Shown here: positions 14,246 to 26,774 of the stretch, in pieces
How positions within the stretch are numbered: position 1 is the stretch's first letter
How the letters are laid out: every line of letters starts with the position of its first letter
DNA from: Octopus vulgaris
Lineage: Eukaryota
Reading direction: 5' to 3'
DNA length: 64,000 nucleotides
Assembly: GCA_951406725.2 (NCBI GenBank)
Contig: OX597815.1
Location: 111,476,001-111,540,000 of the forward strand
Program-made: the position numbers and the translations under genes
The notes under the pieces: model-generated
The model's input: only the letters and a program-made list of their open reading frames with translations
What the model was told of the DNA's origin: nothing
The model's database searches: none

Positions 14246-14950
14246 TCATGAATATCGCATACTTACCATTACAGTTATTGTAACTATGTTTCTACTAAAA
14301 TTACGATTCACAAGCAATAAGAAAAATATGCTACAGAAATTTGCTGAGTATATGATATTGATAGATGAGATATGTTTAGTGAAATGGCACTATAGCGAAA
14401 AAAAATGTAAAAATAATTTCTTAGAAACTTGGAGATTTTGGTAGATTAAGAGATTAGAATATATATTAAATGAAAGAAAATTATTTTCAGTAAATCAAAA
14501 CAAAATATATTAAGGTCATGTGTCATGGAATATTTTCAAAGTATTTTTCGACACAATTTAAACACAGATATGCACACCAACTGCATATGCATGTATGTAT
14601 GCATGTGTGTGTATGTGTGTGTGGGGGGAGGGATACGAATTGGATTCAAAATATATGTGACGTTATTTCCTCCCATAAATTCTAATGCGGTGTCGGCAAA
14701 ATCATATGAGTGAGAAGTGACTCCAAACACCTGTGCATGTGTAAAAACGGAAATGTGACGAGCACGCACTATACCCGTCTCTAGGTGTAACAGTCGGAAA
14801 CTGACGAGGCCTATTGCCGCGACAATATTAATGCATCAGCAGGAAGGGCAGTATCCAAAGGATTTTGCCTACGCAGCATTTGTTTTCTCGCGGGAAAAAT
14901 TTGAACAGATAATTTTGAACGCACCACGTTATATACATTTGTTTGTACAC

Positions 14951-15014
<64 letters not shown>

Positions 15015-15559
15015 CCACATACATATACACACGAGGGGTGCTGGTACCAAACTTCCGAGTTCTTTTACAGAGATTAGAAAAACAGCAGGACCACTGCTAT
15101 TAGTGTGTGAATATGAGAGGGGAATATTTACCAATACTCGTGTAGGAATTTGAATATATATGCATACATGTATGACTGTACACTGATCCAGATGTGTGCT
15201 TACCTACATATAGTCAGACAGATAGGTGGACAGACAGACAGATAGATAGAGAGATAGATAGATAGTTGAAGAGAGAGTGAGCCAGACAGACAGACTGACG
15301 AGTCACTGAGTGAGTGAGTGAGTGAGTGGCAGCACACAGACAGATTAATCGATAAACAAAATGAGATTAGTTCATTCTGTCCTGTCGAGATGGAAGGTAA
15401 ATCGCATACAGTATTGCTTAAAATTATATTATCAGTTTTTATATTCATGTTTAAAGGATTTGGATAAGCTAACTTTTGCTGAACTAGTTGTAGTCTGAGA
15501 AAAAAAACTATCATACCAGTTAATCCGTTCTTTCAATTTGTCGATCGATGGTGTGCAGT

Positions 15560-16540
15560 GATGCCTTACACTAAATGAACGATGAGATAATCTCTTGTGT
15601 TGAGGTGTATCAGCTGTTCATTCTTGTAATAAGTTTCTAATGTGGTCCTGAAAGCGATCGGCTCGCTTCCTCTATATAAACAGCGTTGAAACGTTTACAT
15701 AAAATGCAGTATGAGGTCAGACGATGCGCAACCGAATTTCTAGGTACAATGATGTATCTTCGACCCTGTGATGCTTGTAGGAGCAGGTTAACGATATCGA
15801 GGACGGCATTTAAATGTACCAGGTTATGTTCGGCTGGGTACTGTGATGATTCTTACTTGGCGTCCGAGGTCCCTATGTTTTTGAAGTCGAGTAGAGTTAG
15901 TATGGGAAATATTGAAATAGTTGAGCAGTCTGAATGTAGAATTCCAAAGTTGTGGATTAGTATATATTTTAATTGAAGGACAGACGGTTGGACACTGAGA
16001 GAACAGAATTCGCTGTGAAGGTGTGTGTGTGAAGAAGGTATGAGAGCGGCGCACAGTCGAGGGTTTGGGCCCAAATATGAGTATGCCATCGAATTGCATT
16101 TTTCCCTTTGAGATTCTAAATAAAATTTAATGCTGCAGAACTGGCCGGCGAAGTCGAGATTATTGAGTGAGTGGTAAGGTAGATTTAATGTTTAGAGTGA
16201 AAAGAGTATTGGAGATAAAATAAGAGCCAGTAGGATTGTGATATAGATATCACGAAAATTAATGGAAGGATCGGATACAGTGGAAGCAAATTCTAAATGA
16301 GGCTGAAAGGAGTTAACGAAAGAGATGTAAGTACTGAGCTATCGACTGATGAGGCAGGTAGTGCCGAAGCAGTCGTCAATATGACGTCCATAAAACATTG
16401 GGCAAAAGTTTTCTCTACGACGTATCCTACAAAAATGATTGCATAATTGGCAAATTAGGCTCATTCTTGTTTCCATTGTGTCCTTGTTGAGCGTGCAGGG
16501 GACCTTGGCCTACGAAGTGTTTGAGTAGTGAAAGCCTTCG
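15560..16540 (-). mobile_element. Highly decayed L2/CR1-group LINE fragment
   Basis: Broken minus-strand frames resemble the RT C-terminal region of LINEs; many stops. Confidence 0.4.
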
Positions 16541-16575
16541 TTGAGGGGGAAAGACTCTATGTGTGCGTATGTATA

Positions 16576-16782
16576 CAGGGTGGCCTAAAAGTAAGTTTAA
16601 AATTATTCAACTATATCGCATTCATATATAATCGTTTAGATGCTAATTATAAAAACATATAAAACAATTATTGTATGCTAATTAAGTTAATTGTAAGACA
16701 GAAATCTAAAAGTAATAAAATGTTTTAAAAGAAATTTAAAGTGCCTCCGTGATAAGTGTAAACCTATTTTTGGGCCATTCCT
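16576..16782. mobile_element. Short Tc1/mariner-type MITE
   Basis: TA-CAGGGTGGCCTAAAAGTAAGTTTA ... TAAACCTATTTTTGGGCCATTCCT-TA imperfect TIRs. Confidence 0.55.
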
Positions 16783-16827
<45 letters not shown>

Positions 16828-17799
16828 ATACGTGAATGTAATTTATGCACGTCCACAAATTAGCATGCATATCGTTACAATTTTGGGAGGACATTCGTCA
16901 CCCCCTTAGCTCTATTTTCGTCTAATTATTTTTCCCGAGGCTCTCGCGGGTAGCGGTAAAAATCGATTTTCAACCTTAACTTTTACCAATTTTGGAGCTT
17001 GTTAACATGACTTATTTCCCTTCTTGCCATAGCGAAGTGAAAATATGTGTGTGTGTGTGTGTGTGTGAGGGAGAGAGAAGTTGTGTGTTGATGTATGTGT
17101 GTGTGTGTGAGGGAGACGGAAAGTGACAGCGTTCACCAAAAATAAAAATTTATTTTTTTTTAAACACGAGATATAGTATTCAAATTTAGGTTGTTTTTGA
17201 AAGGCAATATATTTTATAATCAGATTATATATACTTTCTCACACAACGATAAAACTATATTTATTTAAAATCATTTATTTATTTTAAATCGTTCATCTTT
17301 CTCCCCCTCTCTCACACATACACATTACTTTGGGCGCTAAAGAGTTTTGTTTTGATATTACGCCGAGGAAACACGTGTTTTGTTGAGAATCCATTCATTT
17401 AACAACATAGAAACAAAGATGTAGGTAACAATTTGTCAGTGAATTACAATATACATGGATAAAATTTACGAGGCTCCACCACACTCCACTCCGATTCTTG
17501 GACCACAAAAAGGGCTTTGTAGCATATTAGGAGCCCAGGGTAGTTGATTCCACGCAAAATATAGGATCTTTTATTCTTATGGAAAACCGTGCGAGTGTTA
17601 TCCAAAAATTTGCCTGGAGTTTTTCATGGTAAATTTTAGGTTTAAAAGAAAATGTTTTCCATATTCTTAATCGTATTTTTCCACGTACATTGAAAAATAG
17701 ATGTTGAAAAGATAAATGGGTATGGGGTTGGAATTTCCGATGTTTCCACCACACCACACCACACAACACCCCGTTTTTCGGACCACAAAAAGGGTTTGT

Positions 17800-18125
17800 A
17801 GTAACACATTGTCAATTGCCCTATCGTGTTTCTCAACTCATTGGAGCCAGGCTAAGGGTTGGATGCCCAATTATGCTAATCAGAAACTTACTTCCGCCTA
17901 AACAGTTCAAAGGGACCCGCTTAGTAATCAGTTCCCTGACGCCCCACTTGATTGAGGCCACCATTGTTACAGGGTGCGGGAGGGGTGAAAATGTTTTCAT
18001 TTCAAGGATGCAGCTTTATCCCTCGGGGACAGACATGCCGTTTAACTTCCGCAGATCGCTGTTCCCGGTGAGAGCATGCTTCGCTATGTCCATCAACAAA
18101 TCCCAAGGCCAAACACTAGCGGTGG
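17800..18125 (+). pseudogene. Helitron PIF1-like helicase C-terminal fragment
   Basis: LRVGCPIMLIRNL, GTRLVI and FPVRACFAMSINKSQGQTL motifs. Confidence 0.88.
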
Positions 18126-18639
18126 CATTTGGGGATTTCCTTTCAATCAGGATAAAAAATTGATAAACCGATTCCTTGTAGGATTTCCCACTAAAATTGG
18201 CTACACTCCATTGTCAAGCATAACTTTTGCCAATTTCCACACATTTTGCTCAAAATTGATACCAGCTTTACTTAGGATTCATGGGATCTCTGAATTCTTT
18301 AAGTTCTAAAAAAAAAAAAACAATCGATGAGTGGAAATTCATCGCCTGAAAATTACTCTATTTCTATGTGTATATGTATATATATTTTGTATATCAAACT
18401 CAAGCAATTTTATTTGCTTATTTGCATCATTTTCTCTCTCTCCCTTCCTTTCTTTCTTTCTCGTCGTGATATGTATATAAGTCACAATACAATTTAAAAT
18501 ACTTCGCAAGTATACATGATAGAATTGATCTATAAAAAGGATGAGAAAAAAGAATGACTTTTGTTTCTTTTATTCCTCCTGTTAATTTTCAACATGTTCA
18601 CCGTTATTAATACAAAAAGAAAAGCAATTCTACATTTCT

Positions 18640-18965
18640 TAGAAAACATTTTCCAGGTGATTTTCGTTAACACCTTCAATCAGATCAGATATCTTTCATT
18701 TCAAGTCTTCTAAAGTTCAAGATTCAGTTGAATAAAAACTGCTTTCCATATGTCCCCATAAAAGGAAATCTAATGGAGTCAAATCGGGTGAACGTGGCGG
18801 GTAAAATAATATTCACCCACTTTCAATCCATCTGTTAAGGAAGTTCTCATTTAGAAATTTTCTTACTTGCAGAACAAAGAGACAAGATGGGCCATCGTGT
18901 TGAAAAACTTTATTCTCTATCAGCTTTAATTGTTCAAGCTTAGAAATAAAGTAGTTTTGTAGAGT
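18640..18965 (-). pseudogene. Tc1/mariner transposase fragment (DD41D/rosa-like)
   Basis: Minus strand encodes FQHDG...PPRSPDLTPLDFLLWGHM. Confidence 0.7.
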
Positions 18966-19087
18966 TCACATGGTTCCAGGTTCAGTCCCACTGCGTGGCA
19001 CCTTGGGCAAGTGTCTTCTACTATAGCCTCGGGCCGACCAAAACCTTGTGAGTGGATTTGGTAGACGGAAACTGAAAGACGACCATC

Positions 19088-19128
<41 letters not shown>

Positions 19129-19338
19129 TGTGTGTGTTTGTGTGTCTGTGTTTGTCCCCCTAGCATTGCTTGACAGCCGATGCTGGTGTGTTTATGTCCC
19201 CGTTACTTAGCAGTTCGGCAAAAGAGACCGATAGAATAAGTACTGGGCTTACAAAAGAATAAGTCCCGAGTTGCTCGATTAAAGGCAGTGCTCCAGCATG
19301 GCCGCAGTCAAATGACTGAAACAAGTAAAAGAGTAAAA
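18966..19338 (+). mobile_element. SINE family B with internal (TA)n/(TG)n
   Basis: GGTTCAGTCCC B-box, gcaccttgggcaagtg core, and 3' tail gctccagcatggccgcagtcaaatgactgaaac. Confidence 0.9.
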
Positions 19339-19751
19339 AATATATATATATGCATACACACATACACATACTTACACATACACATACACACACATATATA
19401 GGGGTTTTTGAATATTTAGCTTTGTAAATATATGTATGTATATACTGAATAAGCATATACTTATTTCGATGCTGAAATTTCACCTGCTAATATCTGACAC
19501 TGAATGATTACTGAATACAGATCTACCTAATGTAAGCGAAATGTATTATAGGAATTAGGATGCAGATGACTCATAGTTATACATTCAAATTTGCTATGTA
19601 AATAGACAAAGTAGTTAAGCGACAATTTTCCCACTGGAACACTGTTAACTAAAACTTGGAGTTAGCTAAAACTCTGAGTTAACTAAACTAAATCTGAGTT
19701 AATTTAGCTCAGAACTGCGTGTTCGATGGCAATATTTTATGTCCATGCAAA

Positions 19752-20064
19752 AGCGGCGTTCTAGCAGAATTCTTAGCACGGCGAGCATAATGCGTAGCGG
19801 CATTTCGTCCGTTTTAACGTTCTGAGTTCAAATTCCGATGATGCCGACTTTGCCTTTCATCCCTTCTGGGTTGATTAAATGTGTCTTAGTTGAACACTGG
19901 AGTCGATCTAATTGACTTACCCATTCCCTTAAATTGCTGGCTTTGTTGCCAAAATTTGAAACTAACATTTTCTTTACACAATCCCCAATGAGAGACAGAG
20001 GGAGAGATAGAGAAAAAAAAAGAGGGTGGATGAGAGAGAAAATTCAGATAGAAGAAAGGGTGAA

Positions 20065-20101
<37 letters not shown>

Positions 20102-20415
20102 TGTGAAGATACATTTTGAGATTGAAACCAATACAACTAATAACTATTAATCAAAACGCATGAGAGATTTTCTTATTTGTACAGTAATCTAACTACTATC
20201 TAATTAAGTAACGAGCGAATGAACCAATTAACTAAATATCTAACTAACGGTGGCGAGCTGGCAGAAACGTTCAAATTCCGCCGAGGTCGACTTTAGCTTT
20301 TATCCTTTCGGGGTCGATTAAATAAGTACCAGTTACGCAGTGGGTCGATGTAATCGACTTAATCCGTTTGTCTGTCCTTGTTTGTCCCCTCTATGTTTAG
20401 CCCCTTGTGGGTAAT
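19752..20415 (+). mobile_element. Two SINE family A copies (19752-19965, 20248-20415)
   Basis: Homology to 12883-13100. Confidence 0.82.
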
Positions 20416-22800
20416 AAAAAAAAAAAATCTAACTAACCCATTGATAAATTGGATGGCAGTTGAACATGATACTGTGTAGTGCTTGCGTATGCGAGGTGTA
20501 TTTTTGTCGTCTGAAAGTAAAAACGTTCGATAGAATCAAAAGCAAAGGATGAAATAAGGATGTCATTTTAGGATTAACATTAGCGAGTTACAATAATGTA
20601 TTCATCTACTCATATTTACAGCAATATTATGTTTCCATCCAAGGTAATAGTCAATATTTTACTAAGAAGTCACGAAGTAGGATCGAATCTACAATCACGT
20701 ATTTTGGAATTCAGATATATACAAATACCCGTGACATTAGAAAATACTTTGCCCGAATATCAACGGGTTTATGTAAGAGTTGCAGATAATTGAAAGTTCC
20801 AGATGACTCTACAAGATATAATTGAGCACGAGCAGGTAGATAGTTTCTTATTGATTCCGGGATTCTAAAACAGCAGAGGACTTCATGAAAATTCCCCAAG
20901 CCTTCCTGGACAGCCAAGAATGAACGCATACGTTTGGGAGTTTGGAGATACCATGAAGAGAATGAGATGATAATTTTCTTAATAAAAATAAATGGGAACA
21001 TAAATATTTCAAAGACTTTTCTTTGAAAGACATTTTATACGTCTTAATTTAATAAAATTTTCAGCAGTCCAATGCATTCAACAGTTGTTTATAAATAATG
21101 TATTTTAAGTGTAATTAATAAAATAGCTCATTACATTTTCTTGCTGTATCTATATACAAAAAAATATAGTACAACATTTCTGAAATGGTTCGGTAATCTT
21201 ACCTCCGGCTTTATCACATATAAAGTACAGATTGCAGTTACTGTTTTTTCACATAACCACATAGCTAAATATTCAAAATAAAACATTACCGTAATAAAAA
21301 CTTAAATTTATGCATAACAAAAATTAATTATTACTTGCTTGCTTTTAAACACCTTCTAAATTTTATATCTCCAAATAAATGGTGAAAACATATGATAATG
21401 AATCCTAATGACCAACTAAAATACTAGCTGGTTATTTAGATAATTATGCTCAACATTCTTTGGTGAAGTTGTATTTTAGTGGACAACTGGAATCTTATGA
21501 CGTACGATGAAAAACCGAACCGAGAACTACTGAACTTTTATATTTAAGGTCTGTAATGTCCGGACACGGACACACACACACACGAACGCACACACACATA
21601 CACACACAATCACACACACAATCACACACACACACACAAGCATACTCATATATGCATGTATATATAAATATATATTCTATGCTGAAAATAGAAACGTAAA
21701 TTAATGCTAATCGTATACAAGAAATGATTTTAAATCACCCAAAGGAATGTCGAAAAATTAAAATAAAATTGATAGTATATTCTAAGATGGGCACATGTTC
21801 TTGTAATTCTGTGTTTGCAATGTCTGGACGTATGGACCTCAGTGTGTTTGTGTGTGAATGTATGTTCGTGATCGTGTGTGTGTTTCTGTCTGTGCGTACA
21901 TAAAAACAAATAGATGAAATCTTGATGAAAATAGATTAAATCTGTGAATGAATAAGAAAATAAAAATAATGAAATTAAATCATGAATAAATAGAAGATTG
22001 TGTTATTGGTGATCAACGTGCAAGCATAATAAAATAAGCAAAGATATATTTCGGACTATAGTATGCCTACCAGTTCACAAATATGGTTCATGACGTGTCT
22101 TTGCAAAATGTGGATAGGTACACCATACTATTTAGCTGCTTTTTAGTAATACGTTTTACGTTTGGCAGAGTATTCGCTCCGACCTTAAAGACTCCCAAAA
22201 TTCATACATCTAAAAGCAACAAAGAATAGAAATTATCTACTGTCATTCAGTAACCAATTTCACTATTCTTTTAATTATTCATAAATTCATTTCATTTTAA
22301 AAGAAATTTATCAAATACTTATTCATTACCATTACACATCTCTGTCTTTGTTCCTATGTCGCTCTCTCTCTCTCTATTTCTCTCTCTCTCTCTATTTCTC
22401 TCTCTCTCTATTTCTCTCTCTCTCTCTCTCATTCACACTCTCTGTCCACACGTTATCTACAAACACACTTACCCACTCATTTATATATGAAGTTTTTTAT
22501 ATATTCAAAAAGATGCAAGGCATTTTTGCATAGCTGCATGTCTTTCTCACTCAACTTTTGAAAATCAGAGAAATTTGTGAAACCGGTTAAATGTTCAGAG
22601 GTTTTAGAAAATAAAATATAAATGAGTCTCAGTTCATTTTCAATTATTTCCTATGTCTCTATCCGCGTGGGATAAAATAACATTGTTTTCAAAATATTCA
22701 AATATACATATACTTACACACACTAACACACGCACAGAACACAAACACACAAGCACACCCCATTTATACATGCATACACACACACACACACTCATATATA

Positions 22801-22838
<38 letters not shown>

Positions 22839-22841
<3 letters not shown>

Positions 22842-23818
22842 GGGTTGATGGTGGAGGATATCGACTCTTTAATTGTTTTTCTAAAATACACCATAAATGT
22901 TCAATGATATTAAGATCTGGGTACTGTGGTGGCCAGATAAGATGTTCAACTTCAATAGAATGTTCCTTGTGCCATTCAGTAACAATTTTTGCTGTGTGAA
23001 TTGGTGCATTAACATCCTGAACGATTGCGTTTCCCACCGGAAACAGTTCCGCAACCATAGGATGAATTTGGTCAGGTAGAATGCTTAAATAGTCTTGACT
23101 ATTAATTCTGCAATGAAGGGAAACCATTCGACCGGCGGATTTCCAAGATATAGCGCCGCAGATCATCTCAGATTTTCATCCATGTCTAACAGTCGGAAGA
23201 AGGCCGTCTGGGTCAAATGCTTCTATTGGCTGTCTCCACACGTATATTCAGCCGGTGGTCGGAAATATAGTAAAGGATGACTCGTCCGAGAAAATAACAT
23301 TCTTCCGCTGCTCTAGGGACCAATTTTGTAGGTTTTTTACTCCACTAAAAACGCTTCGCAACGTTTGTTTTGAAAGTAGTGGTTTTCTGATTGCAGCCCT
23401 CCCATGACATCCGGCATTGTGCAACTCCTGGCGAATATTTTTTGCGGAAACTCCATTTTCGAGGAGATCATCAAGCTTCGCAGTAATTTTGGGAGCTGTA
23501 CTTTCGTGATCTTTTCTAACAAGAGGTTTTTCCCTCTTTCTCAAAGGCTGTCATTATTTTCGAGACAATACTTCTTAATACACCAAATATTTCGGCTGAT
23601 TGACTTCTTTGAAAGTCCGATTGATGTGTCATTTTAATAAATTTTAATGACTTTTTTCTGATATTTAGAAAGAAACAGCAATTTTAGCAAAACATTTTAA
23701 GGAACACTAATAATTAATCAAAAAACATAAATATAAACAAGCTTTTGGCGGTTTAATAGATATTTCAAAATTATGATGCTATGATGCTAGGTACTTCTAT
23801 TATGTTGTCCAGCCCCTG
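22839..23818 (-). mobile_element. Tc1-family transposon, decayed; one TIR reduced to about 10 bp
   Basis: Ends TA-CAGGGGTTG and CAGCCCCTG-TA. Minus-strand motifs: VIFSDESSF, QDVNAPIH, WPPQYPDLNIIEHLW. Confidence 0.88.
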
Positions 23819-24279
23819 TATGCATATATGTGTGTATGTGGGTGTGTGTGTGTGTGTGCGTAAGCGTTTGTGTGCGTGCGTGCATTTAGATATATATATA
23901 TATATGGATGGAATAGAGCAATTCAGTTCAAATTCCTTGGTACTCTGAGCTTCAAGCGTGTGGCTAGTTTCCGGACATTGAATCTGAATTAGAGTGTGAT
24001 TGAAGGGAGTCAATGGCTACTACTGGACATAAGCCTACAATTGGTCGAGAAAAGTGTCGCAGTTCATGGTCGGGAGAAGAAGGGGTGAGTTAGAAGTATA
24101 TGTGTATATGTGTACATGTATATGCCCATATACCTGCTTGTATATATCCATACTTATACGTGTGTGCATGTGTGTGTGTATGTACATTCATAGCCTGTAC
24201 AGACACACACGCACATACACTCATAGACGCACAAACGCACACGCACATGCACGTATGCACGCGCGCAAACGTATACTCG

Positions 24280-24540
24280 CTCCACTTCCCTCTTGCAATT
24301 CATCTGGAGACTTTGTGACCTCCGAGACGAAAACATCTAGCATCAAGTGAACTTTTGTCGACAGGGTATCACCATATTTACCCAGTGCCCCTAATTGCCA
24401 ACTGTGCCTACGCGAAAGACTGCATATCATCCACCAACCCGCTGTACCAATCAACAAGTAATATCAGGTATCGTATCGCTGCCACCTGAGGAACACCTTT
24501 CTGGCAAATTTCAAGCTAGCCAACAACCTGGATATATCTC
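24280..24540 (+). pseudogene. Penelope-like GIY-YIG C-terminal remnant
   Basis: One frame reads ...SPYLPSAPNCQLCLRERLHII...INK...RCH, resembling the CxLCxxE...NK...C-H tail of some PLE endonucleases. Confidence 0.5.
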
Positions 24541-25080
24541 CTTAGTACTAGCCACCCTCAGCACCTCTTGCACCAAAGTCACCAACTAACCCCCATGAAT
24601 TGCATCGTAAATCACCAATCCCAACACTTCTTCATGTCTGTCTACCCACATATTCTCACCCCTTGTATATATGCGTGAGTGCACGAATGCATCTATTTAC
24701 CGTACGCTTACGTAGGGATGTGTATGCATTGGTGTACATGTATGCGAGAGCGCGCGCATAGAGGTGATTACTCGGGTGTGTTCATGTATGTACACGTTCA
24801 AACTTGTGTGCAGACACGCGTGCGCATGTGCGCGTATACTTATATACAAGGAGATAAAAGGGAGGACGCGTGTGTATATATGTGTATATGTATGTGCGTG
24901 TGTATGTGTGGACGTGTGTGTGTATACGTGTTCACGCATGCATGCATGTACGAGTGAGCGTTGGCGCGTGTGTGTGTGTGTGTGTGGCTGTGTGTGCACG
25001 CGCAGTTATATGAAGGTACATCTATGCACACATGCACACTCGTATATGTAGTGATGCATACACTCAGATATATGGACATT

Positions 25081-25407
25081 GTTATTTCTTGTTGTTGTAT
25101 ACGTAATTGTGTACCGTGTTTTCCGTTTTGTATGCCTGTTTTTTTTTTCTTGCTTCGTTGCTGTACATATTCGTTACCTTTCTAACAAAGGGTTCTAATG
25201 CTCAGACTTGCTCGGGACAACCAAATGGAATCATTTCAAGTGCAACTGTCCGATATGGTCGTGACTTCTGGTACTTGACTGATAAAAGAAAGCCAAGAAT
25301 GACCCGTCTTTTTTTTGCCTGTCCTTCTAATTGTTGTTTCTCTTGTCCGCCTTTGTGTCGTCTTTCTGTCCGAACGTTTTAACGTCCTCTTTTGCGTTTT
25401 TGTTCCA

Positions 25408-25440
<33 letters not shown>

Positions 25441-25486
25441 GTTTGTCTATTATCTATCTATATGTATGTATGTATGTATGTATGTA

Positions 25487-25562
<76 letters not shown>

Positions 25563-26328
25563 AATATATATGTAAATATATACAGTTTACATTTAAACAC
25601 ATAAGAGATGGCCATAATCGGAGATCTAAACCACTAGAAGAAGTAGTTAAGATCCAAACCAAAATTAGGTGTAATTTCGAAAGAGATTGGGAAATAAAAC
25701 ATTTACCATCTATTTCCTAGACCATGATTTCAGGTAATTTGCTAGAGTAAGCTCTCATCAGCAGGAATAATATCTAAGTCCGAGGCAATATACAACATGC
25801 CTCGTGCTCACATGTTAAAATTTTTCAAATCTACAGCGCAAGCACAGTCTTTTATCAGCAGCAATTAGACATAATGCCGATCTGTTTTAAAAATTAGCCA
25901 AAAGAATTATTACGTCTTGTGTCTATCACCCATGTTCCTGCCTTTAAGCTTTTACTTCATACACACCAACCCAATTTAAATCGCCCTCAGTCGAAAGACG
26001 CCTGTTGTTATTTCGTGTTGTATTCGTAATTGTGTACCATATTCACCGTTTTTTGTTTGTTTGTCTTTCGTCTTTGTTGCCATACACATTTGCTAGCTTT
26101 CATACAAAGGGGCCCAATGTTCTTAGCTTAGACTTTTTTAAGTACAACTAGATAGAAACGATCTCAAGTGTAACTGTCCGAAATGGTCATGTCTTCTGGT
26201 ACTTAACTGATGAAAGAAAGCTCAGAATGACCCGCCGTTTTTGGCTTGTCATTCTAATTGTTGTTTCTGTAGTCTGCCTTTGTGTCGTTTTTCTGTCGAG
26301 CGTTTAATGCCCTCTCGCATTTTGTTCC

Positions 26329-26331
<3 letters not shown>
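25081..26331 (+). repeat. Two diverged direct copies of a ~330-bp pLTR-like repeat (25081-25410, 26007-26331), each ending in a microsatellite
   Basis: Shared blocks: cgtaattgtgtacc, tcaagtgYaactgtccga, ttctggtacttRactgat, agaatgacccg, ttttgttccat. Confidence 0.75.
25714..25767 (-). ncRNA. Type I hammerhead motif (stem II degenerate)
   Basis: ttcctg CTGATGA gagcttactc...cct GAAA tcatgg TC taggaa; 6-bp stem I and a GUC triplet. Confidence 0.6.
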
Positions 26332-26389
<58 letters not shown>

Positions 26390-26711
26390 GATAGATACTC
26401 CCACATCTACCACCCCATTCTACTTCTCTCCCAGCCCGCGACCGATTTCCTGCTCACCGTGCAGCATTTTCCAAGTAATTGTTGTCGCTAAAATACTAAC
26501 ATCGAAATGCAACACTGCGTGTCCGTTCTCGATAAACGTCCAGTAGTAAACATTGACGCTCCTCAAACGAACTTTCATTTAGACAATAGCCGAAGATTAG
26601 GGACACGCTTGAAACCCAGAATACAAAGGAGTTTGAACCAAATTATTTTTATCCAATCATGTAACTCCCAATAAATATGCTTAGTGCCCACCTTTCATTT
26701 GTCTACTCACA

Positions 26712-26773
<62 letters not shown>

Positions 26774-26774
<1 letters not shown>

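Noticed and set aside
14795-14830. CTGACGA-ggc-ctatt-gcc-GCGA
   Set aside because: GAAA is absent and there is no stem I or III.
25180-26200. Hammerhead inside the two ~330-bp direct repeats
   Set aside because: The candidate cores (CTAACAA, CATACAA) are too degenerate to call.
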